Source: Octopus bimaculoides (lineage: Eukaryota). Taken from it: a stretch of 64,000 nt of DNA. Position 1 is the stretch's first letter. Each line of letters starts with the position of its first letter. The stretch spans positions 32,624,553 through 32,688,552 of the forward strand of contig NC_069004.1 of the NCBI RefSeq assembly GCF_001194135.2, given 5' to 3'. This document shows, piece by piece, positions 26,326 to 37,790 of the stretch. Made by a program: the position numbers and the translations under genes. The notes below the pieces were generated by a model. The model did no database searches and was not told the DNA's origin. It saw nothing but the letters and a program-made list of their open reading frames with translations.

Positions 26326-26400
26326 GGCAGTGAGCTGGCACAATCGTTAGCACACCAGGTGAAATGCTTAGTAGAAAGGATTATTATTATTATTAATCCT
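25845..26400 (+). mobile_element. Tandem family C array
   Basis: Three consecutive units separated by (ATT)n. Confidence 0.8.
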
Positions 26401-26599
26401 ATTATTGTTATTATTAAGCTGAACACCAACAATAATACCAACAATCTACCTAGCTGGAGACAATGTACACACACAGTATATAGATGTTAATGTTCACCAT
26501 TTAGGCAAACACTCTCTTTAGGTACTGATTACAGGAAATGTCTACAGTGACTGACTGGATGGATGGATTGTGAAGATGTTGACTGCAATGACAGCCTGA

Positions 26600-26860
26600 C
26601 ATAGGTTCGCAACCAGGGTCCTTATGATCCTTGGTGTGGGTCCACATATGATTTCATTGTTAAAATTTACGTGGAGTAAATTGGTTATAATTCCATAATA
26701 CACATAATTATTTTTAACGACTTTTTTTTTATATAGTTCCTAATAATATTTAATTATAAAAATGTAATGGAAATTTTAAAACATCAAATGGGTATGAGGG
26801 GCCGTCCGAGTAAAATAGGAACCAAAAAGGTCCATAGACAAAGAAGGGTCAAAACCACGG
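26600..26860. mobile_element. hAT-like MITE
   Basis: Termini cataggttcgcaacc / gggtcaaaaccacgg resemble degenerate cagtggttctcaacc hAT ends. Confidence 0.45.
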
Positions 26861-26869
26861 TCTCAGAGA

Positions 26870-27540
26870 AATGGTGTGTAGATATTGACTGGATGGACAG
26901 AGGCTATACATAGATGTTGATAGATGATCACGGTGTATAAATGTCGACTGAATAGACAGACGGTGTATATATGTTGACTGGCAGATATATACAGGGTGTG
27001 TACATGTTCAATGGTTAAACAGACAGATTGTATAGATGCTGGTTGTTTTGCAAGATGTAGTGTGTAGATATTGACTGGATAGATGATGTGTAGATGCTGT
27101 ACATGTAGACAGGTGCAGCAAGTATATATGGACTGCATAGACAGGTACAGTGTATAGCTATAGTCTGGTGAAACAGATATAGTGTGTATATATGGACTGG
27201 ATTGTCAGGTGCATTGATTATATATGGACTAGCCAGACAGGTGTAGTGTGTAAAATGTTGATTGTGTAGACAGAGTTTATGAATTGGAAAGGAACAAAGA
27301 CAGTTTGCCTACGTTGATTAATATGTATACATTGTGCAGGGGTTGATTGGATACACATATACATATCCTGTAGATGTTGACGAGATAGACACGCATCCTG
27401 CATATGTGGATTGGATGAGCTCAACCTAGAGTTTTGTAAGCTGTAGAAGCACAAGGTGTAGATGCTGAGGTAAACATCCTGTTGATGTGAATTAGATACA
27501 CACACATGCATACACACTGCAGATGTTGACTAGATAGATG
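26870..27540. repeat. Degenerate ~30-bp minisatellite
   Basis: Recurrent gtgtagatgttgactggatagacag-like units. Confidence 0.7.
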
Positions 27541-27547
27541 CATTTAA

Positions 27548-27597
<50 letters not shown>

Positions 27598-28504
27598 GCC
27601 TCTTCATCACATACAGGTGTGGATTTAACCGCAATAACACACAGGCAATATGTATCCACACACACACTTCCCGAGTGTCATACTAATACATCCTTTTGTT
27701 GTTTACACCACCTGTCCTCGTCTGTTGNNNNNNNNNNNNNNNNNNNNNNNNNNNNNNNNNNNNNNNNNNNNNNNNNNNNNNNNNNNNNNNNNNNNNNNNN
27801 NNNNNNNNNNNNNNNNNNNNNNNNNNNNNNNNNNNNNNNNNNNNNNNNNNNNNNNNNNNNNNNNNNNNNNNNNNNNNNNNNNNNNNNNNNNNNNNNNNNN
27901 NNNNNNNNNNNNNNNNNNNNNNNNNNNNNNNNNNNNNNNNNNNNNNNNNNNNNNNNNNNNNNNNNNNNNNNNNNNNNNNNNNNNNNNNNNNNNNNNNNNN
28001 NNNNNNNNNNNNNNNNNNNNNNNNNNNNNNNNNNNNNNNNNNNNNNNNNNNNNNNNNNNNNNNNNNNNNNNNNNNNNNNNNNNNNNNNNNNNNNNNNNNN
28101 NNNNNNNNNNNNNNNNNNNNNNNNNNNNNNNNNNNNNNNNNNNNNNNNNNNNNNNNNNNNNNNNNNNNNNNNNNNNNNNNNNNNNNAAATGTCATTGTTA
28201 TCTTCCTTTGTATCTTCCATCTATTCTGGAGCAGCTCACCTTTCACCACCACCATCGCCATCACCATCTCTCTTCTCTTCCAAACAGCTCCTCTCTCTCT
28301 CTCTCTCTCATCTGTTGTTGCAACCACCTCGTCCTCATCTCTGCACCATGTTTTCTTCACCTCATCTACCTCTCTCTCTCTCTCTCTCTCTCTTTCTCCT
28401 TCTCTTCCCATCTTCCTTTTGGATTTCATTTCATATTTATTTCATTTCCTAGTCTTCCTCCAATCTCATCACCACCACCACCACCATCTCCACCACCACC
28501 ATCA

Positions 28505-29188
28505 ACAGAAGAAGCTTCTACATGGCCAGTCAACTTGCTAGAAATAGTAGCTGAATCCCCCTTCATATCGCCCTCTTGTATCTTAGAACACATTGGATGG
28601 TATTGTCCAAGGTAAACTATGCATGAATAAGGGTTGGAATGGTCATGGCTGGAATGCTTTTCATTGTAGGTCTGCTTGATCAGGACTAAATACCAGCAGG
28701 CACCACCATCATCATTGCCATCTTCATTATCATCAATAACAACCTCTATTACTGCCACCACAACCACCACCACCACCACCACCACCACCACCACCACCAT
28801 CATCACCTCTATCGTCATCATCATCGTCATCATAAAAACATCTCTGCAACGCCACCACCACCACCACCACTACCAACAACAGCAGCTATGAGAGAACATC
28901 GACATAAGTCTCTTAAACTGCTGAAAATAGCAGCAAAACCACATTGTGCTCTATCGAAAAAACAAGGACTCATTCGATAACATAGCATAATAGTCTTGTT
29001 CTGTCTATGTAAGAAGAGGTGGTCATGCCTGGAATGGCTCTCCTCTTCCATCAGGGTTGACCTGGGGATGGGGATAAACTACAACACTACATCTTCCCTT
29101 CCTCCTATTGTTGCGCCCAGCACCACCACCACCACCACCACTACCAAATCAATAAATACATCATCAGCATCATCAGTACCATCGTTGC

Positions 29189-29223
<35 letters not shown>

Positions 29224-29850
29224 CTATTGCTACCACTGACATCATCAATAAATATATCAGCACTACCACCACCACCACCACTGCCACCGCCACCACAGCC
29301 TCTGCTGCCATTGATATCAATAAATAACATCACATCCCCGACCCACCACCACCACCACCATTGCCAATAATTCATCACCACCCCCATCATCATCAGTAAC
29401 TACATCACCCCCTCCACCTCCACCATCATCAATAAATAACAAGCACCACCACCACTACCACCACCACCACCACCACTGCCACAGTGTCAGTAACTACACT
29501 GCCGTCACCACCACCAACCCAATCAATAACTATGTCATCACCACCACCACCACCACCACCACCATCAATAAATCATCACCACCCTCATAAACAAATACAT
29601 CCTCACCACCAACACCCCCGTCATCACAAACCAGTGAAGGGGCCTCTGTGTTGTTGCTCGACCTGCTAGAAATAGCAGGCAAATATCCCTCGGATCACAC
29701 GTGATAAGCTTAGGATAAATAACGTGGTTCTGGATTCCTTGAGGAAAATAAAGGAATAAATCAATGGGATGGTCATGATCGGAATGTTCTAGATGATCGT
29801 AAAGTCTGCTTGAGCAAGGCTTGACCTGGGGCTAAACTAAACAACACCTC
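28505..29850 (+). mobile_element. Three plus-strand family F units in (CAC/CAT)n
   Basis: Units at about 28505-28690, 28895-29075 and 29630-29850. Confidence 0.75.
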
Positions 29851-30829
29851 CACCCAACATCACCATCATCACCAATTACATGAATAAATATGTAATCATC
29901 ACTGCCACCACCACCACCACCACCACAATTAGCCCCACATCTCCACCACCAACACCATCACCGCCTGCACAATCATGGTAGTCACTACTGCCACCACTAC
30001 TACCACTGCCACCATTGTCACCACAACCACTGCTACCACCAACACCGTCATCTCTACGTCTCCGCCCTCATCCCTACCACCACCACCACCAATCGTCTTT
30101 AATTCTCTCTGTGATAGGTTTTTGATAACGCTGCCCCCCCCACACACACACACTCTCTCCACCTGTTGTCTTATAATAATGTGTTATTGTACGTTTGTCT
30201 TGTTATTTATATTGATGATGATGATGACGATGATGGTGATGACGATGATGATGATAATGACAATGATTGTTGCTCTTCAAAATATTCTGGCTGTTTTTTT
30301 ATGTTGGTGTTATTTGTTGTTTTTTTTTCGGGGTTGATTTGAGCCCATCCCTTCCCCCTTCCCCCTTCCCCTGCCCTACACAGCTCTGATCAAGCAGACA
30401 CCTACGGCTCTCCGGCCATGGCCATCCAGTCTTATTTCTTTTAGACGTAGTGCATTCTGGAACTGCTATCATCCTATGCATTCCTTTTTTCTTCTTTCCT
30501 TCCTTCCTTCCTTCCTGTCCCCCTCCTCCCCACCCAAATGTTGTAGCGGGGGGGGTGATTTGAAAGAGATGTGATTTGGCTGCTATTTCTTGCAGGTCGA
30601 AGAATTCCCATCGAGGCTTCCTCGTTGGTTTGTTTATATTGCTGGTTGGTTTATTACTACTGCTGCTGCTACTGATGATGATGATGATGATGATGATGTT
30701 GTTGTTTGTTGCAGCTGGGATTGTTGATGTCGCTGCTCCTGTTTCTTCTGTTGTTATTGTTGTTGGTGTTGTTGCTGCTGCTGCAATAGTTGTACTACCT
30801 ACTGTACTGGAAGGTAATTGGCTGTGAGG

Positions 30830-31356
30830 GAAGCCAATTGCGGGAGAGGAAGGAGGGAGAGGCAGAGGCAGAGAAAGTGAGGTGAGAGAGACAGAAAGGG
30901 AAAATAAGGGAGTGAGGTGGGGGGGACTGGTGTAGAGAAAGAGAAAGTGTAGTGTTTGGTTGTGAGCAGAGGAGAGATTGAAGGGCAGAAAAAAAAGGAG
31001 AGGGAGCCAGTGAGAAAGGGGGAGTGAGGAAGAGGGGAAAAGAATAAGAAACAAAACGTGAGGGGTGGGCAGAGGAGAAGGAACTACTAGCATTTGAACT
31101 GACAAAATAAATTACACACCTTCCTTCTCCATATCACACACGCGCGCGCGTGCGCATGTACACACACATGCGCGTGCACATACATGTATGCACTGATACA
31201 CTGATACACAAAGAAAACAGTGAGGTTTACATCTTTGTTGAGAGCTGTGTCAGTTGCTGCACACTGCATACTTGATGCATCTCGTCCGACTGACATCTCT
31301 GCATATGCGTGCATATCTCTGATGCAGCTGTCAAGCCTGTTTCATCAGTTGTCACC
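30830..31356 (+). promoter_or_regulatory. Putative internal promoter/5'UTR for the 31357 exon
   Basis: CCAAT near 30834, purine-rich tract 30840-31080, CpG run cgcgcgcgcgtgcgca near 31140, several TGACA/TGTCA sites and an E-box CAGCTG at 31325. Confidence 0.4.
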
Positions 31357-31414
31357 ATGGACCTGCTTAACGATAATTATCTATTCATCCCTCGGGTATC
31401 GCTAAAGACTTACG
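31357..31414 (+). CDS. Candidate alternative first coding exon MDLLNDNYLFIPRVSLKTY(G)
   Basis: Strong Kozak gtcACCATGG; 19 codons + 1 nt, then ACG|GTAGGT. Phase 1 fits the 49856 exon. Promoter-like CpG run upstream. Confidence 0.55.
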
Positions 31415-31424
31415 GTAGGTCACG

Positions 31425-31456
<32 letters not shown>

Positions 31457-33280
31457 GATGATGATGCTGTTGTTGATAGCTGTGTTGATGATGATGGTGA
31501 TGCTGATGATGATGGTGATGCTGATGATGATGGTGATGTTGATGATGATGGTGGCAGTGGTTGTTGTTGATAGTGTTGTAGGTGGTGGTGGTGGTGATGG
31601 TGGTAATGTTGTTGTTGCTGATGATGTTGATGCTACTGTTGATGTTGTTGTTGTTGTTGGTTATCATTGCTACTGTTGTTGTTCGTCTTCGACTGAACCC
31701 CCATCAAACTAACTGGTGCATGATCACAGATAATCCAGCCAGGCCCATCCCATCTTGCTTTTAGAGATCCACAAGACAACACCATCTGATGCAACCTGCC
31801 CTGAATCAAATACAGTAGTAGGGTGTTTGTTGGGGGTAATTTGGCTCTATTTCTAGCAGATTAAGTGACCACACACAGACTCCCTCCTTTGCTGGTTTCA
31901 ATTGTTGTTCTTGTCGTTCGTGTTGTTGTTTTCTTGGTGGTGTTTGTGATGTTAGTGTTGGTGGTCATTCTGTTGTTTGTTATGTTTGTGATAGTGTTGC
32001 TATTATTAATTATGGGTTTGTTGTGATATCGGTGTTGGTGGTGTGTCTGTGTTGTTTAGCCCCCAAATCAATGCTGACCAAACAGAACTGGACCCCAAAG
32101 ATGCACCGATGCACAGAACATATCGAGCACTGCATTATTCAGTGTGTTTTACATTTATTTTTTAAGACGGGAGAATGTAATTTGAGGAAGATTTGGCTAC
32201 TATTTCTAGCAAGTTTAGACTCCCTGTTGACTTGTTGCTGCTGTGTTTTGAGTCATCATTGTTGTTGTTGTTGTTGTTGTTGTTGCTGAGAGATTTTATT
32301 GATGTTAGTAGTTGTTGTCATGGCGGTGTTGGTGCTAGTAAAGGTGGTGGTTGTGCTGGTTTTGATTGTGGTGGTAGCAGTTGTGATGATGATGATGATG
32401 ATGATGATGATAGTGGTGTTGGTGGTAGTGCTATTGTTTGTTTTCTTAACAGTGGTGGTGGTGGTGGTGGTGGAGGGTCTGTTGTGGTGTCAATGGTGCC
32501 AGTTGTAATGGTGGTGGTAGTGGTGGTGGTGGTGGTGGTGGTAATAGTTGTGGTTGTTGTTGCTTAGCAAACCTGATGGTGATAGTTGTGTGACTAATGT
32601 TGTTATCGTTGTTTAACCCCAGGCCCATCCATAATCAAACACATCTGTGATGAAAGACATCCCAGCCATGACCATTTCATCATATCTCTCTCAGACTACC
32701 TTATCCAATGTTCCCATCTTTTCCTCTCTTTTTTTTAAAACAGTAAGGTGTGGTTTGGATGAAGATTTGGTTGCTATTTCTAGCATATCAAGGACCCTTA
32801 TAGAAACTCCCTTGTTGTTGTTGGTGTTACTGTTGTTGTTGTTACTGCTCTGTCCTTTGGTAGTAGTGGTGGTGGTGGTGGTAGTATGGCTTATGATGAT
32901 GTCATTGTTGCTTGTTGATTTTAATAATGTTAATGTTGTTATTGCATAGACCCCCCCCCATAGTCATCCCTGATCTAGAATATATTTGATCAAAGGGGCT
33001 CCAACCATGACCATCTCCTCTTCATTTTCGGGATATGTACAACTATATTATCTGACATTCCTTTTGCTTATTCAAATGAGATTTAGCTGCTATTTCTTGC
33101 AATTCAAATATTCACATAAGGTTCTCTCAGTTGCCTCACTGTTGCAGATGTTGTTGTTGTTGTTGTTTAGCACCTTGGTTACTCCAGATCAAGGAGACCT
33201 TATAATCATAAGCATTCCTATCCTGACCATCCCATCGTTTTTGTATTTTTTTCTTTTTATTCACACTGCATCTATGGTTA

Positions 33281-33500
33281 TATGAGGGTATGCTGAAAGT
33301 TCCTGGCTTGGGATAAAAGAAAATACACGAAGATCAATTAATTATGATTTTATTCAACATATTTCCCTCTCAGATTCACTCACTTATTGCGGCAGTCCTT
33401 CGGTTTTTCTAAACCCTGTTAAAGAACGCAGAAGGTTGGACCTCCAACCAGGCTTTTGTGATACCCTTAAAGCCAGGAACTTTCCAGCACCCCCTTGTAT
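33281..33500. mobile_element. Mariner-type MITE
   Basis: Inverted termini tatgagggtatgctgaaagttcctggctt / aagccaggaactttccagcacccccttgta, TA-flanked, ~220 bp. Confidence 0.8.
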
Positions 33501-33759
33501 ATATTTTTTAAAGATAGTGAATTAGGATTTGAGGGAGGTTTGGTTGCTATATTTAACAGGATGATCAACCTCACAGGTGCTCTCACCTCTCTGTTGGTTT
33601 GTTATTGTTGATAGTGGTGGTCGTGGTGATACTGCAGTCAGTGGTGCTGGTTGTACATATCTGTGATGTTAGAGGTGTTGTTTATGATGATGATGATAAT
33701 GTTAGTAATAGTGGTGGTGGTGGTGGTGGTGGTGGTGGTGTGCATACTGCAGCTGCAGT

Positions 33760-34380
33760 CGTTGCTTATGCGATCCTTGATGCAACAGTTGGTGCATTGT
33801 GGAGCTATGTCAAACAGCTGTCGCTGCATGTTAGATGGATTGCTCCACCATCGACCCCGTAACATCGCCGTACTACCACCTTCTGGTCACAAAAGGGAGG
33901 TTGGTGGCTGGGGAAAAAGCAGTTGCATGGTTGGTGAACCTACGGAAAAGATTGTGGATGGACACTACTTTCCTCTCAAGCAAAGCCTACATCAAGTTTT
34001 TCAAATTCCACTTGAAGAGGAAAGTGAAAGTAGAGGTGGGTAGTGCTGTCGTCAGGAAAATTTAACAAAAGGTGAATGAGATGACGAGGAAGGCTTGAGT
34101 GAATCAAGACTGTTTTTAGCCTGTACCTGTTAGCTGGGGAATACAAGTGGGAAAGAGCATTTACCCTTCGTAACCAGAACAGTTTTGGATCTGTGGGTAT
34201 TCCTTAATTAATCCCTAAGTTGTGGTCTTCGCTTTTTTTTAGGAGTTTACCCTCATGCACACGGTGCATACTGTTGGTTTTTCATTTCATTCTATTCCAG
34301 TGTGAATTCTTCTGCCCCTTTTTTTATAACCTGTCCCTACAGTGTCCCCTCACTTACCACCTTTGTGGCGATAATTAAGG
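33760..34380 (+). mobile_element. Tx1/L1-clade LINE 3' end (degraded ORF2 C-terminus plus 3'UTR)
   Basis: Pieces GALWSYVKQL and DTTFLSSKAYIKFFKFHLKRKVKVE resemble, from recall, Tx1-type ORF2 ends. The 3' terminus resembles the 45060 copy. Confidence 0.6.
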
Positions 34381-34778
34381 ACTGATTATTGTAAGTGTTA
34401 GGTTGCTGAAGACTGGTTCTTTGGATTCATCCTTGCAACCAACATACTTGACAATAATGGGTGCAGATTCTTCAGTTCTGCTGACAAATCTTTATTTAGA
34501 TTCTGAGTTCAAATTCTGCTGAGGTCTACTCTATTTTTCATCATTTCAGGGTCGATTAAACAAGTACTAGTGGAGCACTGGGGTTGATGTAATCAACTAG
34601 CCCCCTCCCCCTAAATTTCAGGCCTTGTGCTGATAGTAGAAAGGATTATTATTATTATTTTTAGAATAAAAGCAGTCATTTATTTATATATATCTGATGG
34701 AATATGAAGATATTCCAGACCGGAGTTTGTATTCATCTCGACCAAAAAATGTTGCTCTGAGTGATGACAGCAGTGTTA

Positions 34779-34910
34779 GGGTGGGGTGCCAACATCTGGA
34801 GGGTGGAGTACCAACATCTGGAGGGTAGGGTACCAACATCTGGAGGGTGGAGTACCAACATCTGGAGGGTGGGCTGCCAACATCTGGAAGGTGGGGTGCC
34901 AACATCTGGG
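34779..34910. repeat. 22-bp minisatellite x6
   Basis: Unit gggtggagtaccaacatctgga with minor variants. Confidence 0.95.
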
Positions 34911-35601
34911 AATTTTGTTGTTGATGTTGTTGTTTGATACTAATGCTTCTCTGTAGGATTGTTGGTTGTGTTGTTATGCTTGTTTAACCCCAGGTCAGCA
35001 CTGTTCAAGCTAGTAAACTGGTAGTCATGGGTGACTGCTGGTCTTCCATAAACAACCTTGTCTGGACTTGTGCCTCGGATGGAAACTTTCTTGGATCAAC
35101 TCCATGGCCATTCATGACCAAAGGGATTCTCTACCCTTTATACTATGTACATATAATGGTGTGGAGAGGAGAGGCTGGTATGCATGGGCGACTACTGGTC
35201 TTCCATAAAAAAACCTTGCCTGGACTTATGCCTTGGAGGTGGGGATAACTTTCTAAGTGCAATCCCATGATCATTCATGACCAAAGGGTGTCTTTACCAT
35301 TTTCAGATTGGTGTAGTCTTGGCTGTGTGGTTAAGAAGTTTGCTTTTCAACCATGAGGTTTTGGGTTCAGCCACACTGCATGTATGTCTTCTACTAACAG
35401 CCCTAGACCAATCGATGCTTTGTAAGTGAATTTGGTACACAGAAATTGTACAGACCATCTTTAGCTCAGCAATTATTTTTCCATGCAATCACAGAATGTA
35501 ACATTCACAAGCACACATACACATATACACTTAGCTGCAAGCAGTCTCCCCACCACAACTTCGCTCACATCATCATCAACAAAACCAACAACACTAGCAT
35601 A

Positions 35602-35664
35602 ATGTTGACCAATTGTACTAAGGCATTGGTTCTGTTATCCAAACGGAACATCGACAATGTGACA
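35602..35664 (+). CDS. Weak candidate first exon MLTNCTKALVLLSKRNIDNVT
   Basis: cataATG, 21 codons, strong donor ACA|GTAAGA. It is phase 0, so it does not fit the preferred frame of the 49856 exon. Confidence 0.25.
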
Positions 35665-35697
35665 GTAAGATTGACATAACGCAGAAATGTGGCTTAT

Positions 35698-35971
35698 TTA
35701 ACCATTTTCATACCATCACCCCCATCTGAAGATGCCCCTGGTTCTACAATACAAAATTTACTGTTTTAAAAGTGATCTAAATTAAAACCTTCCATCGAAT
35801 TTTCATATCAGTTTATGTTCCAAACACCAGTTTGATAATAACGAAGTTATTTTACTAATTTCTTCATTAGCCAGCTTAATAATAACAAAGACCTAAATTC
35901 TTAATTATTTTCAGAATTAATTAGAAAAAAGACAGTATATTTTAACAAATTTATGGTAACAAAAAGGTTAA
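35698..35971. mobile_element. TTAA-CCCT (piggyBac-type) MITE
   Basis: ttaaccattttcatacc ... ggtaacaaaaaggttaa; its right half recurs inverted at 55524-55665. Confidence 0.65.
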
Positions 35972-36773
35972 AGTGATCTAAACAATGCCTTGTGAATGAA
36001 TTTATATGACAGAACCGTAAACTTTGTGGAAGCCTCCCTCCCCCCCACACACACATGTACATGCTCTCACACAAACACACACACTCACAATAACACGCAT
36101 ACACACATACACACACATGCACACACACACCAATACACTCATGCAAACACACATGCACACACACACAAATGCATACATGCACGCATGCACACAAACACAC
36201 ACGCACAGGCACATATTATTGTGACCCTAAGAATTTCCAAAATTTTGAGGGAACATGAAATAATTCTTTCTTGAAATTGGACATAGAATTAATAGCATGT
36301 AAGTATTTACCCGATATTCACCTGCTATTATTTCTAGCTTTTTATGAGCTTCAAGATCCAATCTATGCAAAGAATTGGTGGGTGGGGTGGGGGTTGCGTG
36401 CGTGCACGTGTGAACGATTCATATTTCCATTTCCTCGTATCTCCATGTGTTTCCACTGATTAATTGTAATCAATGGTGTCTCTCTCCATGCAGACGGCAG
36501 ATTGTTTGCTTGCAGGTTGCTGCTCTGACAGCTGCGTCCAGGCTTCTTGACATGTCTTAACATGTGTTATCTTTGCAAAGACAAAAAAAAAAAAACATGT
36601 ATTTAAACAGTTTCATTCGTTTCCTCTTCTCCTCACAATCCATGTCCAGGCTGTTTGTTGCTCAGTAGCCTGGAAAGGTTTTTACCTTGCTTGAAAATAG
36701 GTCAGGCTTCTGGCCCTAGAAAACTGCTTCAGTGTAATCTTGTCTGACCCATGCAAGCACAGAAAAGAAGACG

Positions 36774-37000
36774 TTAAACCCATTAGCATCCAGGGTATTC
36801 TGTCAAATGTAATGTTTATTTATTAACATTTTTTAAAATATAAATCATGTATTATCTTGTAGCTTAGGGATTTTAAAGACGTGATTGTTTATTTTTAGAA
36901 TGGCATTGCAGGGTAAATGCAAGATGCTGGATATGGCTAGTTTGAACATAAAGCAGGCTATTTGGGCTCAATATGGCCAGTTTAGATGTTAAAGGGATAA
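36774..37000. mobile_element. TTAA-CCCT (piggyBac-type) MITE, second family
   Basis: Degenerate inverted termini ttaaacccattagcat ... atgttaaagggataa. Confidence 0.6.
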
Positions 37001-37013
37001 AATAGTGATGATG

Positions 37014-37051
<38 letters not shown>

Positions 37052-37790
37052 GTTTATGTTTGCCCCTGTGGTATAGGGTGGGAGCGTAGTGATATAATTG
37101 CCATAAAACCTTTAAAGATGGTGCTGAAGCATGGGCATAGTCCAGTGGTTGAAGCCAGTAAAAGAATGTACCTTCTCCACCTCTCTGTAATCTCTTTATT
37201 TCTTCTTTTCTCACCCCTTCTCTCTATTTCTCCATCTCTCTCACTTTCTACCTCTGTCATCTTTTCCCCTTATCTTGCTCTCTCCCCTACCCTTTTGCCT
37301 ATTATACCCTTCCCATGGGGTCACTAACTCCCTATAACTCCTTTCCTAGGTCCTTTTCCTGGAAAACAGTTTCTTGTAGTTTCACAGTACTTCTGTTAAT
37401 GTCATAAGCTATTATAAAATACGCAGTTGTAATCACATGCCTATCTTGTTCAAAGCACCTAATGATGTTGCTGGGATGAGATCAGTATTATTACAGGAAA
37501 CCAAGTTAATTACACAGCTCCTACTAATGCCATTATTCCTCCGTTTACCTAAGTAGGTTAATTACATGTGACTACCAATGATGTCATCATTCCTCTGACG
37601 GTGCACGTGTATCACTGAGATGTCACATAGTGATGTAACTGTTTCTTTTCCACAATACATCCATACCTCAGATATCTCAACATAATATTATTTAAACAAG
37701 ATCTGAAGGGTCCTATGGATATTTAATTAGCCATTCTGAATAATACTAGCATTACCATTTTCTCTTTTGTTTACAATTATTAAAAATGAG

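Larger units (their letters stand above)
30335..33600 (-). mobile_element. About seven minus-strand family F units in (GTT/GGT/GAT)n
   Basis: atttggctgctatttctagca motif near 30575, 31845, 32195, 32770, 33085 and 33540, with ttaaccccagg-type ends. Further copies near 13490, 15920, 17915, 25190, 25500, 44690, 44870, 54250, 54670, 54885 and 60330. Confidence 0.75.

Noticed and set aside
34697-34830. ORF MEYEDIPDRSLYSSRPKNVALSDDSS... as another first exon
   Set aside because: No credible phase-1 donor; it runs into the minisatellite.
34779-34910. CRISPR-like array
   Set aside because: Units are contiguous with no unique spacers, there are no cas genes, and the context is eukaryotic.
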